The position numbers and the translations under genes are program-made. Shown here one piece after another: positions 18,624-28,855 of a DNA stretch of 64,000 bases. How positions within the stretch are numbered: position 1 is the first letter of the stretch; the number at the start of each line of letters is the position of its first letter. Under the pieces are notes generated by a model. It was not told the origin of the DNA, did no database searches, and saw only the letters and a list, made by a program, of their open reading frames with translations. Source of the DNA: an uncultured Erysipelotrichaceae bacterium (GTDB lineage Bacteria; Bacillota_I; Bacilli_A; RFN20; CAG-826); contig CADCPN010000002.1 in assembly GCA_902803375.1 (NCBI GenBank), positions 47,530 through 111,529 on the forward strand, given 5' to 3'.

Positions 18624-19089
18624 TGAGATCAGCGAATTTGGCGCCGACGTAATTGGCTAAGGTATTCGGGTCTAGGCAGACCTGGAAGCCAACGCGGCCA
18701 CCAGATACATATATCTTGTCGAATAACTGAGCGGTCTCGTCTATCACGGTCGGGAACGCTTTTTTCATACCGATGGGTGAACATCCGCCATGGATGTATC
18801 CGGTAAGGGGCAATAACTCTTTTTGCTTGATGAGCTCAATGCTTTTTGCACCAACGGCTTTTGCAGCCTTCTTTAAATCAAGTTCGGCAGCAACGGGAAC
18901 GCAGAAGACGAAATACTCCTTCTTTTGATTCACGGTGACCAATGTCTTGAAGACGGAATCGACGTCTTCCCCAAGAGCTTGGGCGACTTTGGTTCCATTA
19001 ACGATGTCATTGGAATACTCCCTGGATTCATATTCGATGCTCGCGGCATCGAGGAGTCTCATGACGTTGGTTTTCTCTTTCTTTTCCAT
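18610..19089 (-). CDS. ybaK: YbaK/ProX-type aminoacyl-tRNA deacylase (Cys-tRNA(Pro) deacylase-like).
   Basis: 159 aa. TGYIHGGCSPIG matches the YbaK TGYxxGGxSPxG core. Confidence 0.7.
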   Translation of the reverse strand: MEKKEKTNVMRLLDAASIEYESREYSNDIVNGTKVAQALGEDVDSVFKTLVTVNQKKEYFVFCVPVAAELDLKKAAKAVGAKSIELIKQKELLPLTGYIHGGCSPIGMKKAFPTVIDETAQLFDKIYVSGGRVGFQVCLDPNTLANYVGAKFADLTKAA

Positions 19090-19172
19090 ACGGCGAATAT
19101 CTTAGGCAGGTAGATATCGATAATAAAGAAAAAGGCTTCCAATCAAGGAAGCCAATGGTCCTGTATCGGCGA

Positions 19173-19676
19173 TTACTTTTTGGAGACGAGGCCGGCGAAG
19201 CAAGCGGCAACACCACCAACGAGGGCGAGAATTGCAGCGGCCATCCAGTTGCCAGTGAGGGTCCAGGAAGTGCTTTCGGTATCAAAGCTGTTAGCAGCAG
19301 CGAAATTCATCGGTGCGAAGAAGAGCATAACGCCAGCGGCGATAAGAAGAAGAGCAGAGACAAAGGCAACCGCAACGAGGCCGGTGACCTTTTTCTTCTT
19401 AGGCTTAAGGCTGAGCAAAGCAGCGCCGCAGCAGCCGAGAGCGCCAACGATACCAAGGATCCAAGCAGTTAGGGCAACAGCGGAGAGGGCGAAGGCCTTG
19501 GTGCTGATGTGCCAGGAGCCAATGCTTCCTTCAACAGGGGCAGCGAAAAGAACATACTTCGGAGCGAAGACGCTGTTTCCAGCAGCAACGCCGCCGCCGG
19601 TCACAACGAGGATGACAGAGACGACCGCAAGGACAAATCCAAGTCCAGCGAAAAGAAGAGAACCGTATTTTTTCAT
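19173..19676 (-). CDS. Small hydrophobic membrane protein (about 4 TM), hypothetical.
   Basis: 167 aa rich in Ala/Gly/Leu/Val with a KPKKKK loop. Confidence 0.4.
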   Translation of the reverse strand: MKKYGSLLFAGLGFVLAVVSVILVVTGGGVAAGNSVFAPKYVLFAAPVEGSIGSWHISTKAFALSAVALTAWILGIVGALGCCGAALLSLKPKKKKVTGLVAVAFVSALLLIAAGVMLFFAPMNFAAANSFDTESTSWTLTGNWMAAAILALVGGVAACFAGLVSKK

Positions 19677-19764
19677 GGGTTATATAAACCACCTTTCGAA
19701 AGAGATTATGTAGGGAAAAAGATTAAAAGAAAACTACCAAAAAGCCTTTAGGTGTATAAATAAA

Positions 19765-19795
19765 CCCCCAAGCGTAAACTTAGGGGTCATTTTGA
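19765..19795 (-). terminator. Terminator hairpin downstream of the PIN-like/Lys-rich gene.
   Basis: On the minus strand, cccctaagtttacgcttgggg is followed by gtttatttat. Confidence 0.35.
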
Positions 19796-22066
19796 CTACT
19801 TAATATCCTTAAGAGCCTGGTTGAGCTTATCTTCGGTGAAGAAGAGGCCTTTCTTCTGCTCTGGGGAAGCTTGCTTAAGCAACTCGAGCATATCGTTAAC
19901 GTCTTTCACCTTATTTTCGGCTTTGTAATTCGGGTTAGCGAGATTGGCACGGAGGACCTTATCGGTCTTGGCTAAGAGAGCGGAATCGACCGCTACGGCT
20001 TTCTTTTCCTTGGCGGGCTTTTTCTCCTCGGCCTTTTTCTTGGAGGCAGCCTTTTTGGCCGGGGCCTTTTTCTCCTCGGTCTTTGGGGCTTCTTCCTTAG
20101 CAGGCTTTTCCGCCTTAGCCGCTTTCGCGGTCTTGGTGGAAGTCTTCTTAGCGGAAGCCTTCTTGGTTGGCTTTTCCTCTTTGACTTTTACCGGCGCTTC
20201 TTCCTTCTTTGCCTTGGCCTTGGCTTTGGTTTTTGCCTTGGCTTTCTTCGGTTCAGGTTTGGCAGCGGCAACGTCTTTCTTTGCGGCAGACTTGGTAGCC
20301 TTCATAGCTTCGAAGCGAGCAGATCTTTCAATCTTGTCTTTCATCTCGGGTTCCGGGATCATCGCCACAAGAGTCGCACCTTGCGGAGTGGCAGTTCCAA
20401 CAACCTCGGTAATTGCCGGTTCAGAGGCTTTTTGCAAGGATTTTTGGTCTTTGGAAGACTTTCTGCGGGCATTTGCCTTCACGTTGGCAGCTTTCACGCT
20501 ATCGCGCTCACGCTGGACGAGGAGGGTCTGAGGAGTGGCCATGTTCGGAGCCTGTTCAGGCTTGGATTCCGGTTTGCCTTCGGGGTTGGATTCAGGCTTA
20601 GCGGCCTTCTTCTTTTTCTTCTTGGCGGGTTTGTCTTCTTCAACAGGAGCGGGAGAGAGTTCCGTTTTGGCTTCAGGGAGAGTTTCGACAGGCTTTTCGG
20701 CCGGTTTGGTCTCTTCGACTTTCTCTTCCACAGGCGCTTCTTCCTTCTTTGGGAGAGGTTTGGGCTCGCTCTTGGGTTTGGAAATAGTAACGACAGGGGT
20801 TTCAGAACTTATGGCTAGGTAAACGCGGTATCCGCCTTTACCCTTTTCGGCTTTGAAGCTATAGCCTTTCTTAGCAACGATCGCGACGTCTTCCTTCTCG
20901 AGGATGGAGGTTAGTTCCTCAAGGATGGATTTCTTGTCGGCGATAGTCGCATCGATCGGACCATGGACACCCGCGAAATACGGGACGGATGCATCACGGA
21001 ACATGACGCCATAATGGGCAGCGACCTGCTCTAATGCGTAGTCTAGGCCATGGCCGAAGCCATACCAAAGTTTTTTCGCTGGGGCGGCGGCCGGCGCCAA
21101 GAGGGTCGCAGGAGCGACTTCCTCTTTCTTCTCTTCGACCATCGAGGCAACAGGTTCTTCAACCTTTTTCGTCTCCACGGCCTTGGGAGCGGCCTCTTTC
21201 GGGGCCTCATCTTTCTGTTCAACCTTAGGCTGTTCTTTCTTCTGCACGGCCTTGGCGGGGGCAGCGACTAGTTTAGCGCGCTCCGCTTCAAGGGCAGGTA
21301 TGTCGTAATTTAGCTTCAAGCTAGCAAGGGCCTCGCCGGCATTGCGTAAAAGCGCAAGCTGGGCATCGATGTCCTTGATCTTTCTATTGACCAAATAATT
21401 GGAGTTGCCTAGGCTGGCGCGGAGACGGAAATCTCCGTTTTTGATCTCATCAAGAGTGGTGTCAGATTTCTTGATGTCTTTCTTCGCTCCGTTGTCATTG
21501 CGGGGAGCGTTCGCTTGCGAAGATAGCCTTTTATCTTCGTGGGAATTGTTCATTGGGCGACGATTTTCGCCTCTGTTGGGTATGAGATCACCATTGGTAA
21601 TGATCTTGAATACGGCAACGCGGTGGCCACGCTGAGAAGCTAATTCGTTTAGGTTTAGCAAATCAGTGGCTAACTTCTTGTCTTGAGTGATAACTAAGAT
21701 TTTGGAGTGCAGGCGGTCAGTCGAAACCCTTACATAAATCGCGTTATCTGCAAAATTCTCGTTTTTCTCTTTTAGAATTTTGATTGGTTTGTTCAGCCAA
21801 TGACGTCCTAGGATATGCAATGCGCGTTCAGCGGCAATTCGCTTATCCAAGTCCCCATCATTCTTAGAATGCTTGATCAATTCGTCTTCACATTGCTTGA
21901 GAATGTAAACGGGAACGCGGGGCTTGCAATACTTTTTGGCCCTTTCTAGAACATCCATCCACTCAGGGAAGTCCTCGTCCATCAATGAGCAAGTGTCCAC
22001 AAGAACATAGTTATAAGGTTGGATAACCTTAGCTAGGTCTGAGGCTTTTTTCTCATCTTTGTACAT
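19796..22066 (-). CDS. Mosaic protein with an N-terminal PIN-like nuclease domain, a central globular region, two copies of a ~30-aa repeat and a long Lys/Ala/Glu/Pro-rich histone-H1-like region.
   Basis: 756 aa. N-terminus YVLVDTCSLMDE...VITQDKKLATD has PIN-like acidic residues. Repeats are LRASLGNSNYLVNRKIKDIDAQLALLRNA and LRANLANPNYKAENKVKDVNDMLELLKQA. The tail contains KAKAKTKAKAKAKKEEAPVKVKEEKPTKKASAKK. Confidence 0.5.
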   Translation of the reverse strand: MYKDEKKASDLAKVIQPYNYVLVDTCSLMDEDFPEWMDVLERAKKYCKPRVPVYILKQCEDELIKHSKNDGDLDKRIAAERALHILGRHWLNKPIKILKEKNENFADNAIYVRVSTDRLHSKILVITQDKKLATDLLNLNELASQRGHRVAVFKIITNGDLIPNRGENRRPMNNSHEDKRLSSQANAPRNDNGAKKDIKKSDTTLDEIKNGDFRLRASLGNSNYLVNRKIKDIDAQLALLRNAGEALASLKLNYDIPALEAERAKLVAAPAKAVQKKEQPKVEQKDEAPKEAAPKAVETKKVEEPVASMVEEKKEEVAPATLLAPAAAPAKKLWYGFGHGLDYALEQVAAHYGVMFRDASVPYFAGVHGPIDATIADKKSILEELTSILEKEDVAIVAKKGYSFKAEKGKGGYRVYLAISSETPVVTISKPKSEPKPLPKKEEAPVEEKVEETKPAEKPVETLPEAKTELSPAPVEEDKPAKKKKKKAAKPESNPEGKPESKPEQAPNMATPQTLLVQRERDSVKAANVKANARRKSSKDQKSLQKASEPAITEVVGTATPQGATLVAMIPEPEMKDKIERSARFEAMKATKSAAKKDVAAAKPEPKKAKAKTKAKAKAKKEEAPVKVKEEKPTKKASAKKTSTKTAKAAKAEKPAKEEAPKTEEKKAPAKKAASKKKAEEKKPAKEKKAVAVDSALLAKTDKVLRANLANPNYKAENKVKDVNDMLELLKQASPEQKKGLFFTEDKLNQALKDIK

Positions 22067-22154
22067 TTTTTGGTTAGTTCCTTTTCTTAAGTGTTAACCT
22101 CCGTTGCGTATTATACACAAATATACGGGTGACCTTGCTAGGGTAAAGCAAAAC

Positions 22155-22181
22155 GAAATCCTCATTTGCAAATGAGATTTT
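22155..22181 (-). terminator. Probable terminator of the opp operon.
   Basis: Imperfect palindrome gaaatcctcatttgc/aaatgagattt. On the minus strand it is followed by cgttttgcttt. Confidence 0.35.
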
Positions 22182-22238
22182 GCAAAACGGGATCCCAAAT
22201 AGGGACCCCGTGCATGCTTAATTGATAAATGATAACAG

Positions 22239-24017
22239 TTATTTCTCTTTTTTCTCAGAAGCCTCTTCCTGCTGAAGTTTAGACTCCTGCGGAATGAGGC
22301 CTTTGGTGAAGAGAGGCTTGCCATCTTTCATCTCCTGGCCGTGTTCGTAGTAGATCACTCCTTCATCTATGAGCCTAGCTTCTTCGCGATAGGCGGCTAG
22401 TTCCTCGTCATTGCAGAGGATCCAGTGTCCCGGCAAGACTTCCTGGAAAGTCGGCTTCTGTTTGGAATAGTCGTGGGCGATGGCCGGGTTATAGATGATT
22501 CTCTGGCGGCGCTTCTCCGAGAGCGGGTTAGGCTGAGGGATGGCGGAGAGAAGAGACTTGGTATACGGATGCAGCGGATGCTTGAAGAGTTCATCCGAGG
22601 TGGTGAGCTCAACCATATCGCCGAAGTACATAACGCCGATGCGCTGGCAGAAATACTTAACGGTGGAGAGGTCGTGGGCGATGAAGATCATCGTTAGGCC
22701 CATCTCATCTTTAAGCTCGTTAAGGAGGTTGATGATCTGGGCACGGATAGAGACGTCGAGAGCGGAGATCGGCTCATCGCAGATGAGGAGCTTCGGATTC
22801 ATGATAAGCGCACGGGCGATGCCAATACGCTGTCTCTGGCCGCCAGAGAACTCATGCGGATAACGGGAAGCATGCTCTGGAACAAGGCCAACCTTCTCAA
22901 GGATTTCCACAGTCTTCCTGTGGTTCTCGGCACGATTATGATGGCCTTGGATTCGCAAGCCTTCCTGAATGATGTCCTCAACGGTCATACGAGGGTCGAG
23001 GGAGTCCACGGGATCCTGGAAAATCATCTGGATTTCGTTTAGGAGGGCACGCGGAGCGTGCTTATTATCGTAATGGATCTGACGGATCTTATCCTTTTGA
23101 TGTTCGACGACAAGGGCGTTTCTTTCCTTAAGGGCCTTGATCTGCTTGGCGTAATCCTCATGGATCGGCTTAGCCTGATCAGGAGTGAGGCCAGCAACCT
23201 TCTCAGCTTCCTCTTTCCTTAGCGCGGCGACCTTCTCCTTGCAGTGAATTCGGGAGTATTTGATCTCCTTGCGGTTCCATCTATCGCCGGCGCCGATGCG
23301 GTAACCTTTGAAATAAACAGAGCCAGAGGTGATGTCGTAGAGGTGGATGATGGAGCGACCGGTAGTGGATTTGCCACATCCAGACTCGCCGACAATGCCG
23401 AAGGTCTCTCCTTCATAGACGTCGAAGGAGACATTATGGACGGCTTTGAGCTTCACCTGGTTCGGCCAAGTGCCGAAGTGGAAGAACATACGCATGTGAC
23501 GAACGGCGAGGAGCTTATGGTCATCCACAAGCTTATGCTTATAGGTCAATTGCACGAGTTTGATGTCGAGTTGAGTCTTCTCGAGCTCTTCCTTTAAGGC
23601 TTTGAGCTCATCGTCGATCGGAGCGAGTTCTTTCGCCTTCTCTTCCTTCGAAAGGGAGGATAGAGATGCGGATTTCGATGCCCGCTCCTTCTTCTTTTCA
23701 GAGATTTTAGCTTTGAGGTCAGCCGCCTTTTTGTGGTTGGAGGCTAGACGCTGGCGCTTCTTCTCCTCCGCTTCCTTTTTGCGGGCGCGGTATTCAAGTT
23801 CGGGGATTTCGACGGACCCAGCATGATGCTGGGTTCTTTCATCCTCGTTCTCATCGCGAAGAATGTTGCCGCCACCGGTTTCGATGGAGGTGGCTTCTTC
23901 GAAGGCAGGGGAGTCGGCAGGATTGCCTTTGTTTAGCTTAGCGGCTTCCTCAGCCTTTTTTCTAGCGGAGGCGCCCTTGAGGTCACCTAGCGGCTTATTC
24001 ATGTTTTTATTTGGCAT
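22239..24017 (-). CDS. oppF: Oligopeptide ABC transporter ATP-binding protein OppF with a ~175-aa coiled-coil N-terminal extension and a ~150-aa insertion between Walker A and the signature motif.
   Basis: Walker A GESGCGKST. Signature FSGGQRQRIGIARAL. Walker B LLICDEP. The C-terminal oligopeptide-ABC domain is present. The insertion is Lys/Glu-rich. Confidence 0.8.
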   Translation of the reverse strand: MPNKNMNKPLGDLKGASARKKAEEAAKLNKGNPADSPAFEEATSIETGGGNILRDENEDERTQHHAGSVEIPELEYRARKKEAEEKKRQRLASNHKKAADLKAKISEKKKERASKSASLSSLSKEEKAKELAPIDDELKALKEELEKTQLDIKLVQLTYKHKLVDDHKLLAVRHMRMFFHFGTWPNQVKLKAVHNVSFDVYEGETFGIVGESGCGKSTTGRSIIHLYDITSGSVYFKGYRIGAGDRWNRKEIKYSRIHCKEKVAALRKEEAEKVAGLTPDQAKPIHEDYAKQIKALKERNALVVEHQKDKIRQIHYDNKHAPRALLNEIQMIFQDPVDSLDPRMTVEDIIQEGLRIQGHHNRAENHRKTVEILEKVGLVPEHASRYPHEFSGGQRQRIGIARALIMNPKLLICDEPISALDVSIRAQIINLLNELKDEMGLTMIFIAHDLSTVKYFCQRIGVMYFGDMVELTTSDELFKHPLHPYTKSLLSAIPQPNPLSEKRRQRIIYNPAIAHDYSKQKPTFQEVLPGHWILCNDEELAAYREEARLIDEGVIYYEHGQEMKDGKPLFTKGLIPQESKLQQEEASEKKEK

Positions 24018-25752
24018 AGCTAGATTCCTCCTCTAAGGCTTTCTTGATACGCTCGCTGACGATCTTCGGGGGCTCGACGTGCTCGGCTCCTGGGTATTCA
24101 AGCCAGGAAGCGACGAAGTGGGTCGGGGAGACCTGGAAGAACGGCGGCTGGTATTTGTAATCGATGCCGAGGGCGTATCTGTTTCTATCGGCAAAGGCAT
24201 CGCCGACCGGCGGATAGATCATATCCGGAGGGGTGCCGGGGATGGCCTCGAGCTTTTCCTTGGAATCAATGTCAGGGATGGACGAGAGCAAAGCCCAGGT
24301 ATAGGGGTGACGCGGATCGAAGAAGATCTCCTTATCCGTGCCGTATTCGCAGATCTTGCCAGCATACATGACGGCGACGCGGTCGGCCATGTTGGCGACG
24401 ACGCCGAGGTCGTGGGTGATGAAGATGACGGACATTTTACGCTCAGCCTTGAGCTTGTTGATAAGTTCAAGAATCTGGGCCTGGATGGTGACGTCAAGGG
24501 CGGTAGTCGGCTCATCACAGATGAGGATGTCCGGATTCGCGGTTAGGGCAATTGCGATGACGATACGTTGTCTCATGCCGCCGGAGAACTCGAACGGGTA
24601 CTGTTTGAAGCGGCGTTCCGCCTGCGGGATGCCAACCTCCTTCATAACCTTGATGGCGCGGCGTTTGGCCTCAGCCTTGGTGATGCGGATGGCATTCTGA
24701 TATTCGCGCTTGGCGGCGATGACTTCTTCGTTAGCAGTATCGAAGTCCTTGGTAAGGGCGGCGCGCTTCTCTAATAGCGGGGCAAGCACTTCCTTTTCCT
24801 TGGCAACGATGGCCTCCCTCCTCTTTCTTAGGAAATAGGTGAGGTAACGGCGGGTTTCATATACAAGTTTGGTCTTTTTGATTTCGGAATCGACCTTCTT
24901 GACCTTCTCCCAGTTAACGCCTGGGCGGATGGCTTCGCGCTTGGCGGTCGCGGCAGCAACCTTCTCATCGCGAACTTTCTGCAAGCCCTTTTTCCAGGCA
25001 GCGGTCTCGACCTTGGCTTCCTTTTTGCGAGCATCAAGGGCGGCCTTTAGGCCTGGAGCGACGCGCTTATACTCGGCTTTCGCCGCAGCGCTTCTCTCCT
25101 GGCATTCCTTCTTCTTGGCATTAAGGAGAGCCTTCGCCTCCGCTTTACGCGCGGCGATTTTCTCCTTATCGCCAGTGGCGATGATTTCATCGGTCTCCTT
25201 TTTTAGCTGGGAGGCGTAGTCGTTATATTGGTTTTCTGCGAGTCTAATCTCGGAATCGCGAGCAGCCGCAGCGTTCTTATAGGCAATAAGCTCTTTGGAG
25301 ATGAGCTCCTCGTAATGGTTCTTCTCCATGTTGGAGTTGATCAACATGGTCTCCGTGATCTGCTTGCCGATGCGAACGATTGGGTTGAGGGAGGAAAGAG
25401 GGTCCTGGAAGATCATGCCGATCTTTTTGCCGCGGATGCGGATGAACTCCTCTTCGGAGATCTGCAGGAGATCCTCTCCCTGATACATGATGGAGCCGCC
25501 TTCGATGAGGGCATTCTTGGAAAGGATGCCCATGATGGCTTTGGAGGTGACGGATTTGCCAGAGCCAGACTCTCCGACGATGCAGAGGGTCTCGCCGCGA
25601 TATAGGTCGAAGCTGACGCCGCGGACGGCCTGAACTTTGCCATTGTCGGTCCTGAAGGAGATCTTAAGGTTCTTGACCTCAAGGGCCTTTTCCTTTTTGG
25701 AAAGGTCATTTCCCTCTTCGATGATGTTTTTGTATTGTTCTTTGAAGTCCAT
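24007..25752 (-). CDS. oppD: Oligopeptide ABC transporter ATP-binding protein OppD with a ~230-aa coiled-coil insertion.
   Basis: Walker A GESGSGKSV. Signature FSGGMRQRIVIAIAL. Walker B ILICDEP. The insertion between the Q-loop and the signature is a heptad-like E/K/A-rich segment. Confidence 0.8.
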   Translation of the reverse strand: MDFKEQYKNIIEEGNDLSKKEKALEVKNLKISFRTDNGKVQAVRGVSFDLYRGETLCIVGESGSGKSVTSKAIMGILSKNALIEGGSIMYQGEDLLQISEEEFIRIRGKKIGMIFQDPLSSLNPIVRIGKQITETMLINSNMEKNHYEELISKELIAYKNAAAARDSEIRLAENQYNDYASQLKKETDEIIATGDKEKIAARKAEAKALLNAKKKECQERSAAAKAEYKRVAPGLKAALDARKKEAKVETAAWKKGLQKVRDEKVAAATAKREAIRPGVNWEKVKKVDSEIKKTKLVYETRRYLTYFLRKRREAIVAKEKEVLAPLLEKRAALTKDFDTANEEVIAAKREYQNAIRITKAEAKRRAIKVMKEVGIPQAERRFKQYPFEFSGGMRQRIVIAIALTANPDILICDEPTTALDVTIQAQILELINKLKAERKMSVIFITHDLGVVANMADRVAVMYAGKICEYGTDKEIFFDPRHPYTWALLSSIPDIDSKEKLEAIPGTPPDMIYPPVGDAFADRNRYALGIDYKYQPPFFQVSPTHFVASWLEYPGAEHVEPPKIVSERIKKALEEESSYAK

Positions 25753-25755
25753 GGT

Positions 25756-27726
25756 TTAGTCCTCCCCCTTAAGAGACGGGTTAAAGGCATCGCGTAGGCC
25801 GTTTCCGAACAGGTTAAACGAAATCATCATGAGGGCCATAATGGCCGATGGGAAGATGATGAGTACCGGATGGGTTCCAAGGTATTTTTGGTTCTCGGAC
25901 AAGGTGACGCCGAAGGAGCTGAGGCCTGTTAAGCCTAAGCCCAAGTAAGAGATGGTCGCCTCAGAGAAGATAACCGACGGAATCATCAAGACAGAGCTCG
26001 TGATGATGGTGCCGATGGCATTCGGAAGGATGTGGCGGAAGATGAGACGCATATCGCTAGCGCCCAAGGTGCGGGCCGCGAATACGTACTCGCGGTCCTT
26101 GAATCGATAGAACTGCGTACGCGTGACGCCGGCCGTTCCGATCCAGCCGGTGATGCATAGCGCCATGACGAAGACGCCGAAATTGCTGCCCCATTTGATG
26201 ATGAAGATGGTCATGATGACGATCCAGGGCAAGGAGCCGAGGATCTCAGTGAAGCGCTCCATCAAGATATCGGTCCAGCCGCCGAAGTAGCCAGCGATGG
26301 CGCCCCAGACGAGGCCGAAGCTAAAGGTGATAAGCATGGTAGCGACGCCCATGAGCAAGGAGGTACGTAGACCAGCAAAGCTGAGCTTAAGCAAGTCTCT
26401 GCCAAGGGAATCGGTGCCGAATAGGTGAAGCGGCATGCTGGTGTAGCCGAGCATGCGGTACTTGGAGACGGTGCAGATGTAGCTGAAGTAATAGACGCCC
26501 TTACGTCCGGTGACCGAGAAGTCCTCGATGGCGCGGATTGGGCAATTGGCATCATCGAGGATTGTGAAGGAATCAATGAGGGCCTTTCGGGCGGCATCGC
26601 CCCTATCGCTGGCCTTAAAGGCGGCGATATCCAAGCTCATCCAGCCTTTGTTGATGTAGTTGGTAAGGTCGCTTTCGGCAACGGTGTAGCCCTTCTGGAG
26701 ACCATAGGCGTTGTTGTAGGTATCGAAAACGAAGGTGACGTATTTGATGGATGCGCCATAGAGGTTGGCGTCATGCGGGCTGCCTCTCCACTGGGAAGCG
26801 ACTTCGCTCTTGGCGTAAAGGGACTGGTTGGCATCGGTGCAGGAGACCTTGGTGAGGGCGGCTGCAACGGTTGCATTCCCCGAGGTAGTGGATAGAACCG
26901 CCTTCTTCACGAACAAGGCGCCATCATAGGAGGCATTGGCCTTGAGGCGGAATTCGATGTGAAGGTCAGTCAAGGTATTGACGGCAAAGCCCTTAGCAAC
27001 GTCTTCGGCGCTAATGGAATAGGTTCCCACCTCGTAAGAATAGTCCTTCACGGGGACTTCGATGGTGTCGTCTCCGTTTGAAGCAACGAGGAAGATGCCA
27101 TATTCACCCTGAACGCCGCCGGCGTAATCCTCAGGGATTTCGGAGGTTTCCGCGGTAAAGGAGAGGGGATTTGCGGCCAAATCGTAGCTTCCAAGGGAAA
27201 CACTGGTCAAAACGGAGGAGTCCGTGTCTTCGGAGTTTGCGGTTAAGACCATGTTGCCGCCTTTGGCGTACTTGTTGACCGCATTGGAGGTGCCTTCGAC
27301 AGGTTCGCTCATTGAAAGGATGCTGTCGCCCTTGTCCTCGTATTCCGCCGGCATGTCGGCATCGGTGTTATAGACGCGGGTGATGGTCGTGGTGCCATCC
27401 CACCAGCCGGTTCCAGCCGCGAATAGCTTCGGTTCGAGGAAAGTCTCCGTCGGGAAGTTGTCGTTGGAGGAAACGCCATAGGGGATGGTGGCAGGAAGGA
27501 TGATGGCGCCAAGGATCAAGACGCCGAGGACAATTGCACCAGCGATGGAGGATTTGTTCTTGGAGAAGCGACGGATGGCATCCTTGAAGAAAGTCGTCGG
27601 CTTCGTCTGCATCTTCCTATCGTGGATCTGCTTTTCCTTTGGAACGATTTTGAGGTCTTTCTCATCAATGGAAACGGTGTGTTCCGTGCCAAGGGAGTCA
27701 AAATAAGTAAAGTCTTTGTTTTCCAT
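25756..27726 (-). CDS. oppC: Oligopeptide ABC permease OppC with a large (~400 aa) extracytoplasmic N-terminal domain.
   Basis: C-terminal permease core with EAA loop AARTLGASDMRLIFRHILPNAIG. Length 656 aa. Confidence 0.75.
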   Translation of the reverse strand: MENKDFTYFDSLGTEHTVSIDEKDLKIVPKEKQIHDRKMQTKPTTFFKDAIRRFSKNKSSIAGAIVLGVLILGAIILPATIPYGVSSNDNFPTETFLEPKLFAAGTGWWDGTTTITRVYNTDADMPAEYEDKGDSILSMSEPVEGTSNAVNKYAKGGNMVLTANSEDTDSSVLTSVSLGSYDLAANPLSFTAETSEIPEDYAGGVQGEYGIFLVASNGDDTIEVPVKDYSYEVGTYSISAEDVAKGFAVNTLTDLHIEFRLKANASYDGALFVKKAVLSTTSGNATVAAALTKVSCTDANQSLYAKSEVASQWRGSPHDANLYGASIKYVTFVFDTYNNAYGLQKGYTVAESDLTNYINKGWMSLDIAAFKASDRGDAARKALIDSFTILDDANCPIRAIEDFSVTGRKGVYYFSYICTVSKYRMLGYTSMPLHLFGTDSLGRDLLKLSFAGLRTSLLMGVATMLITFSFGLVWGAIAGYFGGWTDILMERFTEILGSLPWIVIMTIFIIKWGSNFGVFVMALCITGWIGTAGVTRTQFYRFKDREYVFAARTLGASDMRLIFRHILPNAIGTIITSSVLMIPSVIFSEATISYLGLGLTGLSSFGVTLSENQKYLGTHPVLIIFPSAIMALMMISFNLFGNGLRDAFNPSLKGED

Positions 27727-27728
27727 AA

Positions 27729-28766
27729 TTACTTCTTAGCCCCCATTCTGATGCGAGGATCGATGAACCCGTAGGAGAGATCCAGGAAGACTCCCGCCAC
27801 AAGGCCGATAATGGTGTAGAAAGCCATATCCGCCATTAGGACGTTGTAGTCGTTGCTATTAACGGCAAGGATGTAGAGAGAACCGATACCGGAGATGCCA
27901 TATAGCGATTCAAGAATCATTGAGCCGGATAGCAGGCCAATGACTTCGGAAAGGATGCTCGGAAGAATCGGGACCATGGCGTTACGCAAAGCGTGACGGA
28001 CGATGGTCTGGTTTTTGGTAAGGCCCTTGGTGCGGGCAAGAAGAAGGTAATCGGAGCTCATGACCTCAGTAAGCTCGGCGCGGGTGAAACGGGTGTAGCC
28101 GCAGATGGAGCCGAAGCTGAGTGCCATAACGGGAATGACGTAGGAGCGGACCGCGACGCCGAAGGAGGTTCCTTTGGCGACGGACCATTGCGAAGGCAGC
28201 CACCCCGTGTCATAGGCAAGCCACTTCATGAGGAAGGTGATAATGATGAAGGAAGGGATGGAAATGAAGATCATAACCAAGGTAGAGATGATATGGTCGG
28301 TCATCGTGTTCTTCTTTAACGCCGCCCATATGCCTAAGCCAAGGCCGGCCGGGACGGAAATGAGAACGGACCAGATGTTGATCTTAATGGTAAGGGGCAA
28401 TCTCGAGCCGATGATCTTGACGACATCGACGCCAAGCATGATGGAGGAAGAGGTTCCCCAATCGCCGTGGACGACGCCGTTAAGCCAGCTGATGTACTGC
28501 TGCCAGGCCGGTCTAACGTAAAAATAGTGATCAACGCCAGAAGCATCCCTAAAATGCTCCAGCATCGTGCCGTAGCCTGACTGTTCGCTCGTGAAGTCGA
28601 GGACGAAGCCCTTGTTGGTCTGATCTAGATAGTAGGTTAGACGCATCGCTTCCTGGCCAACGGCCTTTGAGAACGGCAGCATTTTCATGAGGAAGAATGT
28701 TGCGGTCAGGATGATGAACGTCGTCACTACGGCCAACAATAATCGTTTAATCGTGTATTTGACCAT
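27729..28766 (-). CDS. oppB: Oligopeptide ABC permease OppB.
   Basis: EAA loop LARTKGLTKNQTIVRHALRNAMVPILP. 345 aa and 6 TM. Confidence 0.8.
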   Translation of the reverse strand: MVKYTIKRLLLAVVTTFIILTATFFLMKMLPFSKAVGQEAMRLTYYLDQTNKGFVLDFTSEQSGYGTMLEHFRDASGVDHYFYVRPAWQQYISWLNGVVHGDWGTSSSIMLGVDVVKIIGSRLPLTIKINIWSVLISVPAGLGLGIWAALKKNTMTDHIISTLVMIFISIPSFIIITFLMKWLAYDTGWLPSQWSVAKGTSFGVAVRSYVIPVMALSFGSICGYTRFTRAELTEVMSSDYLLLARTKGLTKNQTIVRHALRNAMVPILPSILSEVIGLLSGSMILESLYGISGIGSLYILAVNSNDYNVLMADMAFYTIIGLVAGVFLDLSYGFIDPRIRMGAKK

Positions 28767-28855
28767 ATGACATCCTTTCCAGGGTATTCAATGCAATTTA
28801 CCACCAGTATAAATATGCACAAGATAGTAATTTTGCGTCATTGCAAGAAGTGACA

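Noticed and set aside
19944-20822. Plus-strand ORFs (19944..20531, 20381..20818, 20535..20822) within the Lys/Ala-rich gene, and apparent tandem DNA repeats around 20160..20260.
   Set aside because: These are antisense or off-frame translations of GCC/AAG/GCT codon repeats. The periodic DNA encodes a KAKAKTKAKAKAKK protein segment, not a CRISPR or satellite array (no constant-length spacers, and it is embedded in one long ORF).
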